Origin: Octopus vulgaris
Lineage: Eukaryota
Assembly: GCA_951406725.2 (NCBI GenBank)
Contig: OX597830.1
Location: forward strand, 21,266,001 to 21,330,000
Length of the DNA stretch: 64,000 nucleotides
Direction of reading: 5' to 3'
Shown: positions 1-15,782 of the stretch, one piece after another
Layout: each line of letters opens with the position of its first letter
How positions within the stretch are numbered: the first letter of the stretch is position 1
Translations under genes and position numbers: made by a program
Notes under the pieces: model-generated
The model's input: only the letters and a program-made list of their open reading frames with translations
Databases searched by the model: none
What the model was told of the DNA's origin: nothing

Positions 1-136
1 TGGTGTTGGAGGTGATGGTGGCAGCGGTGGTGGCAGCGGTGGAAGCGGCGGCGGTGGCAGCTGCTGGTGGCGGCGGTGACGTTGGGTACCTCCAAAGTTA
101 ATTATGCTTAGTGAAAGGTCAAACATCCTGTGTGGC

Positions 137-183
137 CATGACCCGAAGCTGACGAAAGATCTTGTCGAAAGGTGTTAGTCATG
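137..183 (+). ncRNA. degenerate type I hammerhead ribozyme motif
   Basis: catgac [CCGAAGC] t gacga-aagatc-ttgtc GAAA ggtgt TA gtcatg: 6-bp stem I, 5-bp stem II, mutated core, poor stem III. Confidence 0.5.
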
Positions 184-359
184 TCTGGTACCTGGCTCTT
201 CCCTCTTCTGCATTCACTCCCCGTCAAATAGGCATACCTGGCTGTTCTATGTTTTGTTTATAATAACCAACAATCTCCAATTCCTATTCTGTCTGTAGTC
301 TCTGTTTAATGGATTTGCGATGAGTGATGCTGGTAAACATCTCTTTTTACTCACATTCT

Positions 360-398
<39 letters not shown>

Positions 399-458
399 TG
401 CGCGCGAAAGTCAAAGAGAACACTCAACTCATAGAGTAGAGTAAATATATAAAATAAA

Positions 459-708
459 TGCCTCCTTTTAAAGCCTAGCCAGGCTCATGGGCCCGGTTTC
501 CCGGTTTCAATGGCGTATGTGTTCCCCCAAGCTGGACGAGACGCCAGTCCATCGCAGCGTAACTCATTTTTGCCAGCTGAGTGAACTGGAGCAACGTGAA
601 ATGAAGTGTTTTGCTCAAGAACACAACGCGTCGCCCGGTCCAGAAATCGAAACCACAATCTTACGATCATGATGCTGACACCCTAACCACTAAGCCACGC
701 GCCTCCAC
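459..708 (-). mobile_element. tRNA-derived SINE (family C variant with CORE-like segment)
   Basis: Minus strand has A box TGGCTTAGTGG, B box GGTTTCGATTTC and tgtgttcttgagcaaaacactt core; related copies at 51195-51371, 53775-53990, 57002-57125, 63118-63245. Confidence 0.8.
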
Positions 709-940
709 ACGGAGTAGGGTAGAATTCACATATTAACGTCATCGCTTTAAGCCAGAAGCGCGAAGTAGTAATACTCTCATGAAGCTTTATATTATACACA
801 CACACATGCACTCAAACACACAAACATACACATACACACACACATACACATATCACTTAGGCATAGATACTAATAACCTGGTGTTAGAATTCAATATACT
901 AAACGTTCAGAAGAAGGCGCCAGTTGAATACAGAGCGTAA

Positions 941-1242
941 TCTTTATATATAAAAGTGAAGTTGTGTGAGTGTCTGTCTCCTACGATTTAGATTCCTAAC
1001 TACTCCCACATTTTGCGGTGCAGTTTAACCAAAACCGGGTATCTTATAGTCGTCATTCATATCGAGCCATTCTGGGTATTAGCGCGCGTCTACGATGAGT
1101 CTACGATAAAAAAAAAAAATTCCCATAATTTTTTCCCATTTTTAATGCATTTTTTGCTATTATATAAGGGAAGTAACTCTCCAAAAATGCTTATATAGTT
1201 ATTTCCTTTACAAACCCGAGCAACGCCGGGCGACACTGCTAG
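941..1242 (+). mobile_element. non-autonomous Helitron
   Basis: Starts TC after A, ends CTAG before T; subterminal hairpin CCCGAGC-AAC-GCCGGG at 1215-1230; no TSD. Confidence 0.75.
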
Positions 1243-1324
1243 TAAGAAATAAAATAAATGGCAAAAGGAGAAGAAATTATATTATGAACTTCATTGCGTT
1301 ACAGCTGTTTCTGTTATGGTAGGC

Positions 1325-1616
1325 AATATTCCACCTGTTTCATGTTAAGACTGGCCAGATCTGGCCTCTTACATCTATCTCACATTGTCGTTCTAAAAAC
1401 AAGCAATCTTATCGTTGAAATCTCAAAGCTATGAGGTAATGTACGATTAATTCAAATGAACGTGAATAAATAAAGCATTACATTTCACAGGTTTATATAT
1501 TTAACAAAAGGGTTAAGCTGGCTATATTCGGCCAATATATTCTACTCGTTCCATGTTCAAACCAGCCAGGTGTAGCTCCACACACCTATCTCAAAATGCC
1601 ATTCTCAAAATAAACA
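1325..1616. mobile_element. decayed TTAA-flanked (piggyBac-like) MITE plus partial tandem copy
   Basis: Ends aaaagggttaa at about 1516; reverse-complement similarity to 8687-8916. Confidence 0.45.
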
Positions 1617-1621
1617 TAGGT

Positions 1622-1830
1622 CCAGGGATGGCTATGTGGTAAGAAGTTTGCTCCACAACCACATTGTTCCGGGTTCAGTTCCTCTGCGTGGCACCTTGGG
1701 AAAGTGTCTTCAACTATAGCCTCGGGCCGACCAAAACCTTGTGAGTGGATTTGGCAGACGGAAACTGAAAGAAGCCTGTCGTACACACACACACATACAT
1801 AATATGTGTGTGTGTGTGTGTGTGTGTGTT
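1622..1830 (+). mobile_element. SINE family A, 5' half
   Basis: tRNA-like head, gcaccttgggaaagtgtctt core and gacggaaactgaaagaagc followed by a microsatellite. Confidence 0.8.
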
Positions 1831-1834
1831 CCAG

Positions 1835-2050
1835 AATCTGTTCTACTCTAGGCACAAGGCCTGAAATTTTGGGGGAGAGGGCCAGTCGACTAATCGACCC
1901 CAGTACACAACTGGTATTTAATTTATCAACCCCGAAAGGTTGAAAGGCAAAGTCGATCTCGGCGGAATTTGAACTCAGAACGTAAAGACAGACGAAATAC
2001 CGCTAAACATTTCGACCGGCGTGTTAACGTTTTTGTCAGCTCGCCAACTT
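1835..2050 (-). mobile_element. SINE family B (Meta-domain-like)
   Basis: Reverse complement of the gagttcaaattccgccgag...gcctttcatcctttcggggtcgataaa.taagtaccag consensus. Confidence 0.8.
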
Positions 2051-2821
2051 GTTTGTCCTTCAATATCGCTTGACAACCGGTGCTGGTGTGTTTACGTCCC
2101 CATAACTTAGTACCAGGCTCATAAATAGTAAGAACTGGAGTCGATACATTCGACTGAAAATTCTTCAAGGTGGTGCCCCAGTATGGCCGCAGTTTAAGGA
2201 CTAAGACAAGCAAAAAATGAAAGATAAAAGATAATCACATTATCATCTCGAAACCACAAGATAATGCTTGTGAATAAAGAATAAACGATATATTTAGTAT
2301 AGTCATCTGAACGCCAAAAGATTAAAGATTGGTATTGGCTCTTCTTCTCTCGAAATATTAGTATTATTCGGCATAACTTATAGAAAAGCACAGTTTCTTT
2401 GATACTGTGCGCTGTGTTCTCGAAGAAACCACTTCATTTTTTTTTTTACATTGCCCCAAGTCCATTCATTTGTAAGTGAGTTACCATGTAATGGACTAGC
2501 GTCCCATCCAAGGGTAGAAACCGGATAACCGGCTCCAAGGATCCCAGGACTCGAAATAGTGATTCCCAGGTATTGTTGATGTCGTTGTTATTGTTCTTGT
2601 TGTTGATGATGATGATGATGATGATGATGATAGTTGCCAGTGGTAACAGCTTTAGCGGTCATTTTACTGTTGTGCAAATGAAAGCGCCTCTTAATCCTTC
2701 CTTACAGATTCCATACAGGTTTTACATACACACACACGCACAGACACACAGACACAGACACAGACACACACACACACACACACACATACACACAGACACA
2801 TATATATATGTATTTGTATAA

Positions 2822-2872
<51 letters not shown>

Positions 2873-3197
2873 TGTGTGGATATATGTATATGTTTATGCA
2901 TGTATGTATGTATGTATGTCATTTGCACAACGAGAAAATGTATCTCGACCACCTTTTTTTGTATGCACAATTTGTGACAGACCATCCCTTTCTTTTGCTG
3001 GGCTCAAATCCCATCCGTGGACCCTTGAAAAACGAACCACCTCTGACAACCCTGGCTGTCTGTCTGTCTGTCTGTGCATATATATCCATGCCGTGTATAC
3101 CGTAAGGTCTGCAAATCTAACGGAGGTGTCAGAAGATATTGTAAGATCCACAAAGATCAGAACTTAACTGAAGCTCAGGGTGATCCAAAGCAGATAT

Positions 3198-3379
3198 CTT
3201 TTACTCTTTAACCTGTCTCAGTCATTTGACTGCGGCCATGCTGGAGCACCGCCGCCTTTAGTCGAGCAAATCGACCCCAGGACTTATTCTTTGTAATCCT
3301 AGTACTTATTCTATCAGTCTCTTTAGACGAACCGCTAAGTTACGTGGACGTAAACAGACCAGCATCGGTTGTCAAGCGC
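3198..3379 (-). mobile_element. SINE family A, 3' half
   Basis: cagtcatttgactgcggccatgctggagcaccgcc...gttgtcaagcg matches the full copies; similar halves at 2062-2232(+), 16555-16740(-), 42905-43115(-). Confidence 0.8.
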
Positions 3380-4171
3380 ACATGCCCAAATACATACATA
3401 TATACATACATAAATACACATACATATACACATGCATATACACACACATACAAATGCACATACCCAAATACATACATACATATATACATACACAAATACA
3501 CATACATATACACACATACATACGCTTGTACATAAATACATACATATATACATACACAAATACACATACATACATAGACAAATACACATACATACGCACA
3601 TACACAAATATACACACACGCACGTACATACATACATATATACGCATAGAGACAAACAGTCAGATTGGAGACCCTGCACGTAATTTCCCCGTTTGTTCAT
3701 TCTCATCAGGATACAGGTAAATAAAATAGTTGACCCGACTTGTAATTCGGAGAAATACCACATTAGTGATAACCAAAGACTACGATTGTATAATAGAGTC
3801 CTTTATCCTTCACTGCACCCAACAAAACCTGCATGCAACCCGGACGCGATCTCCTGACCTTTTACATAACTCTAGTTCACGGAAGGCTTTAAATAAAGCC
3901 CCCTCACGGCTTCATCATCGAAATGTAGCCGAAGAGGAGGAGTATTTGACAGCCGACAAGGTATCCACACTACTTTACCCAACAGCTGCTAAAGAGGTTT
4001 TCTTCGACGAAATCCCCGTTAATCCTCTTAACAGCTAAATACAAGTCAAATACTTTGACTTCCAGTTTGGAAAAGTAGAGGTTGGAGATGGGGAGGGAGA
4101 AGCGGGCTGGAAGGGGGGGACGACGACGCATGCGTACACGTACAAGTACATACACACACACACACACACAC

Positions 4172-4215
<44 letters not shown>

Positions 4216-4395
4216 GCATGCACACAAAATCGTACATATACGTACACATTCGCGTGTTGCCATATACACACGCAAATACACAAGCATACATATATACGCA
4301 TACACATATATGGACATTAAGGTATGTGTGTATTTATACACACACACACACACATATATATATATACACACACACATATATATATATATACAGCC

Positions 4396-4428
<33 letters not shown>

Positions 4429-4580
4429 TATATATATATAGCACACACATACTTGTATACACAACTATAAAATCACAAGCAGTCATAAGGACGTAAGTAT
4501 GTGTGGCAAGACACACACACACAAACACACACACACGTACGTATACATAGAGTACATATATATGCGCGCGTGCACATTCA

Positions 4581-4605
4581 ATCTATCTATCTATCTGTTT
4601 GTCTG

Positions 4606-4660
<55 letters not shown>

Positions 4661-4691
4661 CTGTGTGTCTCTCTCTCTCTCTCTATCTATG

Positions 4692-4768
<77 letters not shown>

Positions 4769-4807
4769 GTCAATCTATCTATCTATCTATCTATCTATCT
4801 ATTTATC

Positions 4808-4880
<73 letters not shown>

Positions 4881-4901
4881 GTCTGTCTGTCTGTCTCTGT
4901 A

Positions 4902-4937
<36 letters not shown>

Positions 4938-4946
4938 TCTATCTCC

Positions 4947-4983
<37 letters not shown>

Positions 4984-5002
4984 CTCTCCCCCCCTCTCTC
5001 TC

Positions 5003-5062
<60 letters not shown>

Positions 5063-5108
5063 CCTCTCTCTCTTTCTCTAGCTATCTATCTATCTATTTA
5101 TCTATCTA

Positions 5109-5166
<58 letters not shown>

Positions 5167-5227
5167 ATCTATCTATCTGTCTGTCTGTCTGTCTCTCTCT
5201 TTCTCTATCTATCTATCTATCTGTCTG

Positions 5228-5264
<37 letters not shown>

Positions 5265-5270
5265 CTATCC
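4581..5270. repeat. compound (TCTA)n/(TCTG)n/(TC)n microsatellite
   Basis: Direct reading; source of the YLSI-repeat ORFs. Confidence 0.95.
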
Positions 5271-5879
5271 ATATCCTTCTCTATCGCACACACTCATACA
5301 TATTCACACACAAACACTCTCACAGGTGGTTTTCCATTCCTCCTCTCTCTCTTATTCTGTCATGCAACACCACTCTTTCCCTCGCTCACTCTCTTACACA
5401 CACACACACATATGCTCTCTCTCTCTCTCTTTCTGTCTCTCATACACACACACACACGCAGAAACGTTCTCAGTGATTTAGATAAAATTAGGCACTTGTT
5501 CACAAACATACTCGCACGCGCGCGCACTCCCCCTCTCTCTCTCTCTCACACATGCATTCACAAAAGCATATACATGCATGCACATCTCTACACAAACACA
5601 CATACATATACACATACGTCTATACACGAACACACATACACATACATTCATACATAAAAAATGCAAGCTCATACACAAACGCACATATAAACGCATACAT
5701 ATACACACATATATGTCTATACACAAACACACATACATTCATATAATTAAACACATATACATCCATATACAAACACATACAGACCCACATTTTAAATATA
5801 CGGATATACGTCCATACACAAACATACATACAGACTCACAAACATATAAATCCATACACAAACACACACACACACACAC

Positions 5880-5918
<39 letters not shown>

Positions 5919-6383
5919 CATACATACATACATACATACATACATACATACATACACAAACACACATATATATATACCTTCATATACAACCACACATACA
6001 CGAGCAGAACCTGACAGTCCAACAGACACGAAGGGTGTGTCCCAAACCCACAGACAGGGTGTGGTTCCATTTTATTATGATAAGGGGATTATCGCCCTTT
6101 CCGTTGTGTATCCATCATGCTCTTCTGTGTCAAACCGACTGACCCTTTTGAATAAAGCATAGGAACCACGGCCAATTACAAGGTGCTTCTACGTGATCGG
6201 AGGAAGACTTAGCTGCTATTTCTAGACAAAGCAGCTATAACCGTAGGCTGTAATCTGAGAATCCTGAGATCAGAGTCAAGGGATTTAAATAAGTCGCAGT
6301 AGCAGGCATGGCTGTATGGTTAAGAAGATCGCTTTGCAACCACACAGCTTCAGGGTTCAATCCAACTGCTCGGCACTTTGGAC

Positions 6384-6436
<53 letters not shown>

Positions 6437-6595
6437 AACGACGAGCTTCTTTCAGTTTCCGTCTACCAAATCCTCTCACAAGGCTTTGGTCGGCCCGAGG
6501 CTATAGTAGAAGACACTTGCCCATGGTGCCACGCAATGGGACTGAACCCTGAACCATGTAGTTGGTAAGCAAGCTTCTTACCACATATTCACTCC

Positions 6596-7592
<997 letters not shown>

Positions 7593-7606
7593 ATGTATAG
7601 ATAAAC

Positions 7607-7694
<88 letters not shown>

Positions 7695-8348
7695 TGATAG
7701 ATAGACTGATAGAGAGAGAGTGCATACACATATATGTCTTCTATTATAACCTCGAAACAGCAAAAACCTTGTGAGTGAATTTGGTGGACGGAAACTGAAA
7801 GAAGCCTGTCGTATATATACGTCTTTGCGCGCGCGCATATATATATATATATACGCACTCATCCATACATATATATATATATATGTATGGATGAGTGTGT
7901 GTGTGTGTTTAACCCGCACCACTTGACAATCGGTGTTGGTTTGTTTACATCCCTGATAGCCTAACGGTTCGGCAAACAACACCGATAGCATAAGTACTAG
8001 GCTTTAAAAAAGTACTATTCTCGATTCGTTCTGCAAAAACTCCTGAATGTGGTGCTCCAGCCTGGCCGCAGTCTAATGAATGAAACACATAAAAGATACA
8101 CGATACGTTACTGAAATTTACCCTCGGTATTATTCCAACTATGAAACCATATTAATATGTGGCTTAAAACTGTTTGGAGAGATTATTTGGTTAAGGCAAG
8201 GGGACAACTTGGGGTCACGGAATGAAACCTATTTTTTCCCCATTTGTTAAATGAATCGTTTATCCCTGATTCATTTAACACTGTGTTGTTTTGGAGCCAA
8301 ATACCCGTGATAAACGAATACATATATACAGAATGAGAAGGCTCTGTC

Positions 8349-8581
8349 TACGGAGAGCTGGCAGAAACGTTAGCACGCCGGGTGAAATGCTTTGCAGTAT
8401 TTCGTCTGTGGCTACGTTCTGAATTCAAATTCCGCCGAGGTCGACTTTGTCTTTCATCCTTTCGGGGTCGATAAATTAAGTACCAGTTACGCACTGGGTT
8501 CGATACAATCGACTTAATCCGTTTGCCTGTCCTTGTTTGTCCCCTCTGTGTGTAGCCCCTTATGGGCAGTAAAGAAATAAG
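8349..8581 (+). mobile_element. SINE family B, full monomer
   Basis: gagctggcagaaacgttagcacgccggg head, Meta-like domain and ...gtaaagaaat tail. Confidence 0.85.
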
Positions 8582-8686
8582 ATAGACCATGCAATGTTAG
8601 CCGACTACTTTATCTTGCTTTGCTAAATATGCTTCAAGAGTGATGCGGATATAGCATTAACTTTGTGATAGTGTTCTTAACGGCTC

Positions 8687-8916
8687 TTAAAAACCTTAAG
8701 CGTTCAGATTACACAGTTAAATTTAATACTTATTTATACACATTGTTTTGAATTTATCCTGCATTATCTTGTAACCTTTTGATTTCGATGATGTGATTGT
8801 TTTTGTTCAAAATGACGTTGTTGGGTAGATGCAAGACGCCAGATCTGACCAGGTTGAACATAAAGCAAGGAGAATGTTTTGCCCGGATAAGGTCGGATTT
8901 AATACTAAAAGGTTAA
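8687..8916. mobile_element. decayed TTAA-flanked MITE
   Basis: TTAA at both ends with degenerate TIRs; related inverted copy at 1325-1516. Confidence 0.5.
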
Positions 8917-9220
8917 ACGAATTTTCTCCAAGACGAATATAACGTACAGTATTACACATTTTTTCTCAATAGGTGTGACCTAATACATGATGAAGTGACT
9001 CATGCATTAGTTATGCAAAAGACCTGAATTATGTTTCGACAATTACAGTTATTTTCTCTCTAATTATGTATCGTGCAGTTAAATTCTGTTGTTAAGCAAC
9101 GAAATGGGGTTTTTTCTTATAGGTGTCGTAAAACAACTGGTTTTATTTACATTATTTACAATTGACGGATATTTGTCCTCATCTTGTTTGTTGTTAACAC
9201 AACCACCAATAGAAGAGAAT

Positions 9221-9560
9221 ATGATTAAGAACTGCGTGTACTCCACCGCATGCAGATGTGGTAGGTTATACAAAGGCGGAACATGTCGCCCCCTCAAAAT
9301 AAGGGTAGAGGAACATCGCAAAGCTGTGACATGGGGAGATATTGATGAACTGGGTATAGCTGATCATGCATGAAAAAATGGAGACCACCTCCCCCTGTAG
9401 GATGAAATTAAAATAATAGACAGAGAACACCACTGGAAAATACGAAAACTAAAAGAAGCAGCACATATGCTAGGACACAACAACCCCCTAAGCAGACCGA
9501 GTGCAGATATGAACAGCATATGGGAACCGCTATTAAGGAAGGAGAGGAGAATATTAGCTC
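9221..9560 (+). pseudogene. Penelope-like element GIY-YIG endonuclease fragment
   Basis: One frame with two stops: NCVYSTACRCGRLYKGGTCRPLKIRVEEH...GIADHA*...IKIIDREHHWKIRKLKEAAHM...SIWEPLL; the VY..YxG, R..EH and RKxKE motifs are typical of Penelope/Poseidon endonucleases. Confidence 0.85.
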
Positions 9561-9664
9561 TAAAATTCACTCCACGGGCATATGGCGTAGGGGTTAAGAG
9601 TGCGGACTACAAACCTCAAGATTCCGAGTTCGGAATTTTAGTCTCTCTCCCTGTCACATATGTA

Positions 9665-9695
<31 letters not shown>

Positions 9696-9971
9696 GTATG
9701 TGTAAATATATATATATATATAAAGTTAATCCAAACAAGAAAACAAAAAGACAACAACGCAAGGATGTGGAACAAATATTTATATATATATAAATGTATG
9801 TGTATTTTTCAAACACGGAAAAAATAAATAAATAAATAGTTACTAGGGTAACAAAAAATTCACATAAGTGCGAACGATGTTACAGCCTACTTATAAAGGT
9901 AGAAAGCATGTCAGAAGTATGAAGATTTGAATAGCACCTGCGTTTAACCCCATTTCTTAATATATATATAT

Positions 9972-10381
9972 AGGAGTGGCTGTGTGGTAACTGGCTTGTT
10001 TACCAACCACATGGTTCCGGGTTCAGTGCCACTGCGTGGCACTTTGAGCAATTGTCTTCTACTATAGCCTCGGGCCGACCAAAGGCTTTGGAAGACGGAA
10101 ACTGAAAGAAGCCCGTCGTATATATGAATATATATGTGTGTGTGTGTGTATATATGTTTGTGTGTCTGTGTTTGTACCCACAACATCGCTTGACAACCGA
10201 TGCTGGTGTGTTTACGTCACCGTAACTTAGCGGTACTAGGCTTACAAAGTACTAGGCTTACAAAGTACTAGGCTTACAAAGAATAAGTCCTGGGGTCGAT
10301 TTACTTGACTAAAGGCGGTGCTCCAGCATGGCCACAGTCAAATGACTGAAACAAACAAAAGAATAAAAGAAAGAGTAAAGA

Positions 10382-10383
<2 letters not shown>
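9972..10383 (+). mobile_element. SINE family A, full length
   Basis: Head, internal (TA)n(TG)n and tail ending in TAAAAGAG-like units; internal 3x gtactaggcttacaaa. Confidence 0.9.
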
Positions 10384-10435
<52 letters not shown>

Positions 10436-10483
10436 GATAAAATTTTTCGAAAAAATTTTAAAAATACCTTTAAAGGTTAAATT

Positions 10484-10971
10484 TATAAACAACTTATAAA
10501 CTTGGGCAAAAGAAAAAAATTCTAGTGCCAAATATGCTGAAAACAGACACATCTTCAATAACCATATAATTCATCACTATAAGCACGCGTCTCGAAGGAA
10601 GCCGACAGAAATTACTAAAAATTCCGTTACTATCATATCGGACCCGATTTCAGAGTTAATTCATAAGAACCTTCTCTTCGTCAGTGATAAATGCGGCAAA
10701 GAAATAAATGAAATACTTTCTTCCATGGGTATAAGTAAGTATTTCATTTATTTCTTTGCCGCATTTATCACTGGTAAAGAGAAGGTTCTTATGAATTAAC
10801 TCTGAAATCGGGTCCGATATGATAGTAACGGAATTTTTTAGTAATTTCTGTCGGCTTTCTTCGAGACGCGTGCTTATAGTGATGAATTATATGGTTATTG
10901 ACGATGTGTCGGTTTTCGGCATATTTGGCATTAGAAATTTTTTCTTTTGCCCTTGTTTATAAGTTGTTTAT
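10484..10971. repeat. about 235-bp-arm foldback carrying degenerate hammerheads on both strands
   Basis: 10484-10718 is inverted at 10737-10971 with an 18-nt spacer; minus arm reads CTGACGA-agagaagg...cttccttc-GAGA-cgcg-t. Confidence 0.85.
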
Positions 10972-11339
10972 ATATATATATTCGGTATATATATGCCGAG
11001 GTGGAAATCCACGCCGCCATTTCGGCATCCGAAACTCGGAGTTTTATCATGGCTACCGAATAATTGTCACATATTACATTTACAGATAAATACCTCTATT
11101 TACATAATATCAAGGTCTCTTCCATTCTTTTGTTGTCTTAGCATTTTTAACAATATGTATGTATATATATATATATATATATATCATACAAAAATGGGAC
11201 AAAAACACAAAACAGCCAGAGAGTTTGGTGATAAAAAAAAGGAACAACAAAACATCCAGAGAGACGATACAAAGAAAATAAGGACGGGTCATTCGGAGTT
11301 TTCTATCCTCGGTCGAGTTCCAATTGCAATTTCGGCTAG

Positions 11340-11399
<60 letters not shown>

Positions 11400-11522
11400 T
11401 ATATACATATACATAGATAGACAGATAGATAGATAGATATAACGTATGCATATAAATATATATGTATGTAAGTATAATGTATGCATATGTATATATATAT
11501 ATAGATATACATGTACGTGTCT

Positions 11523-11581
<59 letters not shown>

Positions 11582-12118
11582 TGTGTGTGTACGTGTATAC
11601 ATATATCTACACATATTACCTTAACGAGACTTGCCATTCCTTGTGAAAGGTTGACATTTTCGTTTTCGCTCCTTCCCACCACGATTTCTTTACTTGAGTG
11701 TTTGCGTGCGTGCGTGCATGTGTGTGTGTGTGTGTGCGTGCGTTCGTGTGTGTATATATGTTCGTGTATATGTGTGCATGTATATTTGTATGCATGTGTG
11801 TATTCGGAAGTAATTTTTTTCCATGTGTTTCTCTTTTTTTTTTTTTTGGTTCTGTTCTCTGTTCGTGAGAGTCTGATTATGTTTAAACAGCAAAGCTTAA
11901 ACATATAATAGATGAAGGAACTGGTAATGATAGTGGCAGGGCGGTGGTGGTGGTGGTGGTGGTGACGGGGGTGACGGGGGTGACGGAGGTGGGGGGTGAT
12001 GGTAGCAGTAGCCTTTGTAGTGATGTAGGTGCTGGAATAATTATATATATGGATATATGTACGCACACACATAAACGTGTATATATATACACACACATAT
12101 ACATATATATGTATATAT

Positions 12119-12165
<47 letters not shown>

Positions 12166-12285
12166 GATAGATATATATATATGTATATATGTATATATAT
12201 GTATATATATATATATATATATATCAAGGGCGGTGCCCCAGCATGGCCTCAGCCGGATGGCTGAAACAAGTAAAAGAGTAAAAGA

Positions 12286-12329
<44 letters not shown>

Positions 12330-12454
12330 ATATACATACATACAACTATATGTACTGGAATACATATATAATTATATACAAATATATACGTAGATGTATA
12401 TACATATATGCATACAAATATAGATTGATAGATATAGATATCTATCTATCCATT

Positions 12455-12537
<83 letters not shown>

Positions 12538-12929
12538 CACACATGTATATATATGCATACACATACACACACACATATATATAAGCATGTATGGATAGAT
12601 CCATGTATGCCTATACGTATACATACATGTGTATATATGTATATATTTTTGCTTTGTGTGTGTGTGTGTGTATATGCATAAATGGACAAAGTAGCAATTT
12701 GCCTTAAGGCGCAAAAGAGAAACTGAATTAATACCCAATCCTTCAAACAAAAAAAAAGGAAAAAAAAAACCCTTAAAACAAACAAAAGAAAATACTACAA
12801 ACAAACATGATCTCTTCTCCCTTGTTAAATATGTATAAGCATGTATATATATGTATGTGCGTATGTGTACAAACACACACACACAAATTCATATAAATAA
12901 ATAAATATATATCTGTTTATGTGTGTATG

Positions 12930-12967
<38 letters not shown>

Positions 12968-13105
12968 TATGTATGCGTATGCATATATATATATATTATA
13001 CAGGTGCACACACAGATAAACATATAGACACGCAAAATATACGTACGTACATATGCGGAGTTATCGTTAAGATGCATATATACACGCTCAGATACACACA
13101 CACTC

Positions 13106-13167
<62 letters not shown>

Positions 13168-13777
13168 GCACACATACTCATTCACACACATACGCACATT
13201 GTGCCTATATATTCATTGACAGAATGATGTATGTATATAATTCACAATGGACCTAGATATCGGCGTAGGAGCATGCATACACACATACAGGTAGACACAC
13301 AGACCACCAAACACACACACACACACATATATACACACACACACACACATACATACATAAATACATACATACATACATATATACATGCATACATACATAC
13401 ATACATGCATACACGCACTCGCCATCACAGAACAGGCGTTCTTTAACAATCGTTGTTTCATTGTTGACCTTCTACCAAATTAGTCTTAATTCGCAGACTT
13501 TTCTCATCACCTTGAGTCTTTCACCCCTCTATACCTTTACCTCTTCCTCCTCCTCTGTCTCCTTTTCCTCCTCCCCCATCACCTATTATACTTATCCTTT
13601 CAAATACACTCATACACACGCATGTATACACACACACATACACATATATATATACATACATACATAGATACATGTGTGTGCGTTTATGTATGTATATATG
13701 CATGTATGCATGTATGTATGTATGTATGTATGTATCTATCTATCAATCTATCTATCTATATCTGTCTATCTCTCTGC

Positions 13778-13869
<92 letters not shown>

Positions 13870-14167
13870 GTGTGCGTGTGTGTCTGGGTATGTATGTATG
13901 TGTGTATGTAGGCAGGTAGGTACATATGTATGTGAGTTTGTAAAGCATGTATATATGTATGTATGCGCTTATAGATGTATGTAGGTAGGCAGGTACATAT
14001 GTATGCATGCTTGTAAGCATGTATATATGTATGTACGTATACATTTATGTATGTATGTATGTATTTATGTTCGTATGTATATATGTATGGATGTACGTAA
14101 TTATGTATGGTTGTATACGTATATACATGCATATGTGCGTATGTACGTATGTATGTGTTTGTATATA

Positions 14168-14213
<46 letters not shown>

Positions 14214-14359
14214 TTATTTCAGCTAGTTTCAGCTCACGAGCTGTTGCCATACTGGGGCACCGCCATTTGGTGTTGCTACATAATTTTACTTCACGAATGC
14301 TTTTTAGCAATTGACATTTGGTGCATGAGAGAGTTTGATGCAGCTGCCCTCATCTGCAC

Positions 14360-14569
14360 CTTTCAACATATGACCTCGTGAGCACCGCCAGCAATTTTTT
14401 TTCCTCTGTCTTCCCTTCTCGGGATCTTTCCTTCTCCTTTGTTTCCGACGAAGAGCTCCGCTCGAAACGTTAAACCCTCCTTCCTCCCTTCTTTCCTGAG
14501 CGTCCAATAATACTTTATTTGTTCCACGTCCTTGCGTTGCTGTGTTTTTTTGTGTTTTCTTGTTTGGAT

Positions 14570-14573
<4 letters not shown>
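14360..14573 (+). mobile_element. short hammerhead-bearing element ending in (TA)n
   Basis: Motif at 14441-14475: gttt CCGACGA a gagc-tcc-gctc GAAA cg TT aaac; homologs at 18070-18260, 18680-18870, 26715-26900, 50795-51013 and a tail at 9722-9780(-). Confidence 0.75.
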
Positions 14574-14609
<36 letters not shown>

Positions 14610-14760
14610 TATATATCGGAGACATAGTTGCCAAGCAAGAGGTTTTATCACCCACCGTGTATTGAACCGAAAGCAGTTACTTCATCGAAGGTACATATTA
14701 AGTATATAAAACACATATTGACTGTAAATTTCACTTAAACATTTATTTACACACACGCAC

Positions 14761-14856
<96 letters not shown>

Positions 14857-15121
14857 CGGGTTCGAGCCAAAGAAATTCACTGAAATAAGTTAATCACAGG
14901 TATTAAGATAAATCCAGTTGGTCTAATATACAGAATGACAAACTGAAAAAATAATTTATCAATTGATAATTATGCATTAAATGGAGATAGACAGAACAAA
15001 ATGACCAGCGACTGTTAACGACTTATCAAAAAACAGGAAAAAGAATTTGAAAAAATTAAAAATTAGGCTTTTAAAAAATCAACTTTCATGATTATCAGAA
15101 AAAATATATGGTCACTGCAGC

Positions 15122-15160
15122 AGTCGACATGTTTCGGTGTAGTTGGATATCGTCAGTGCA
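15122..15160 (-). ncRNA. degenerate hammerhead motif
   Basis: Minus strand: gca CTGACGA tatccaactacacc GAAA catg TC; stem II unpaired. Confidence 0.4.
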
Positions 15161-15217
15161 ACATGCTCGGCGCAGAAATGCTTGATTAGTAGACAGAATT
15201 GTTTACATTCTTTTTTT

Positions 15218-15413
15218 TCTTTATTCTTTTACTTGTTTCAGTCATTTGGCTGCGGCCATACTGGAGCAACGCAGGACTTATTCTTTGTTAGCCTAGTACT
15301 TATCCTATCGGTAGCTTTTCCCGAACCGCTAAGTTACGGGGGCGTAATCACATCAGCATCGGTCGTCAAGCGATGGTAGGGACACAAACACAGACACACA
15401 CACACACACAGAA

Positions 15414-15454
<41 letters not shown>

Positions 15455-15493
15455 CATACATACACATATATATATATATACATATATTTGCAT

Positions 15494-15551
<58 letters not shown>

Positions 15552-15691
15552 GACGGGCTTCTTTTAGTTTCCGTCTACCAAATCCACTCATTAGTCTTTG
15601 ATCTGAGGCTACAGTAGATGATACGCAGTAGGACTGAAACCGGTACCATGTGGTTGGTAAGCAAGCTACTTACTACACATCCACCCCTATG

Positions 15692-15694
<3 letters not shown>
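15218..15694 (-). mobile_element. SINE family A, full length
   Basis: Reverse complement of 9972-10383 with an expanded internal microsatellite. Confidence 0.85.

Positions 15695-15782
<88 letters not shown>

Noticed and set aside
3730-4080. Non-repetitive 102-aa ORF
   Set aside because: No recognisable domain, no ATG start and no clear splice signals.
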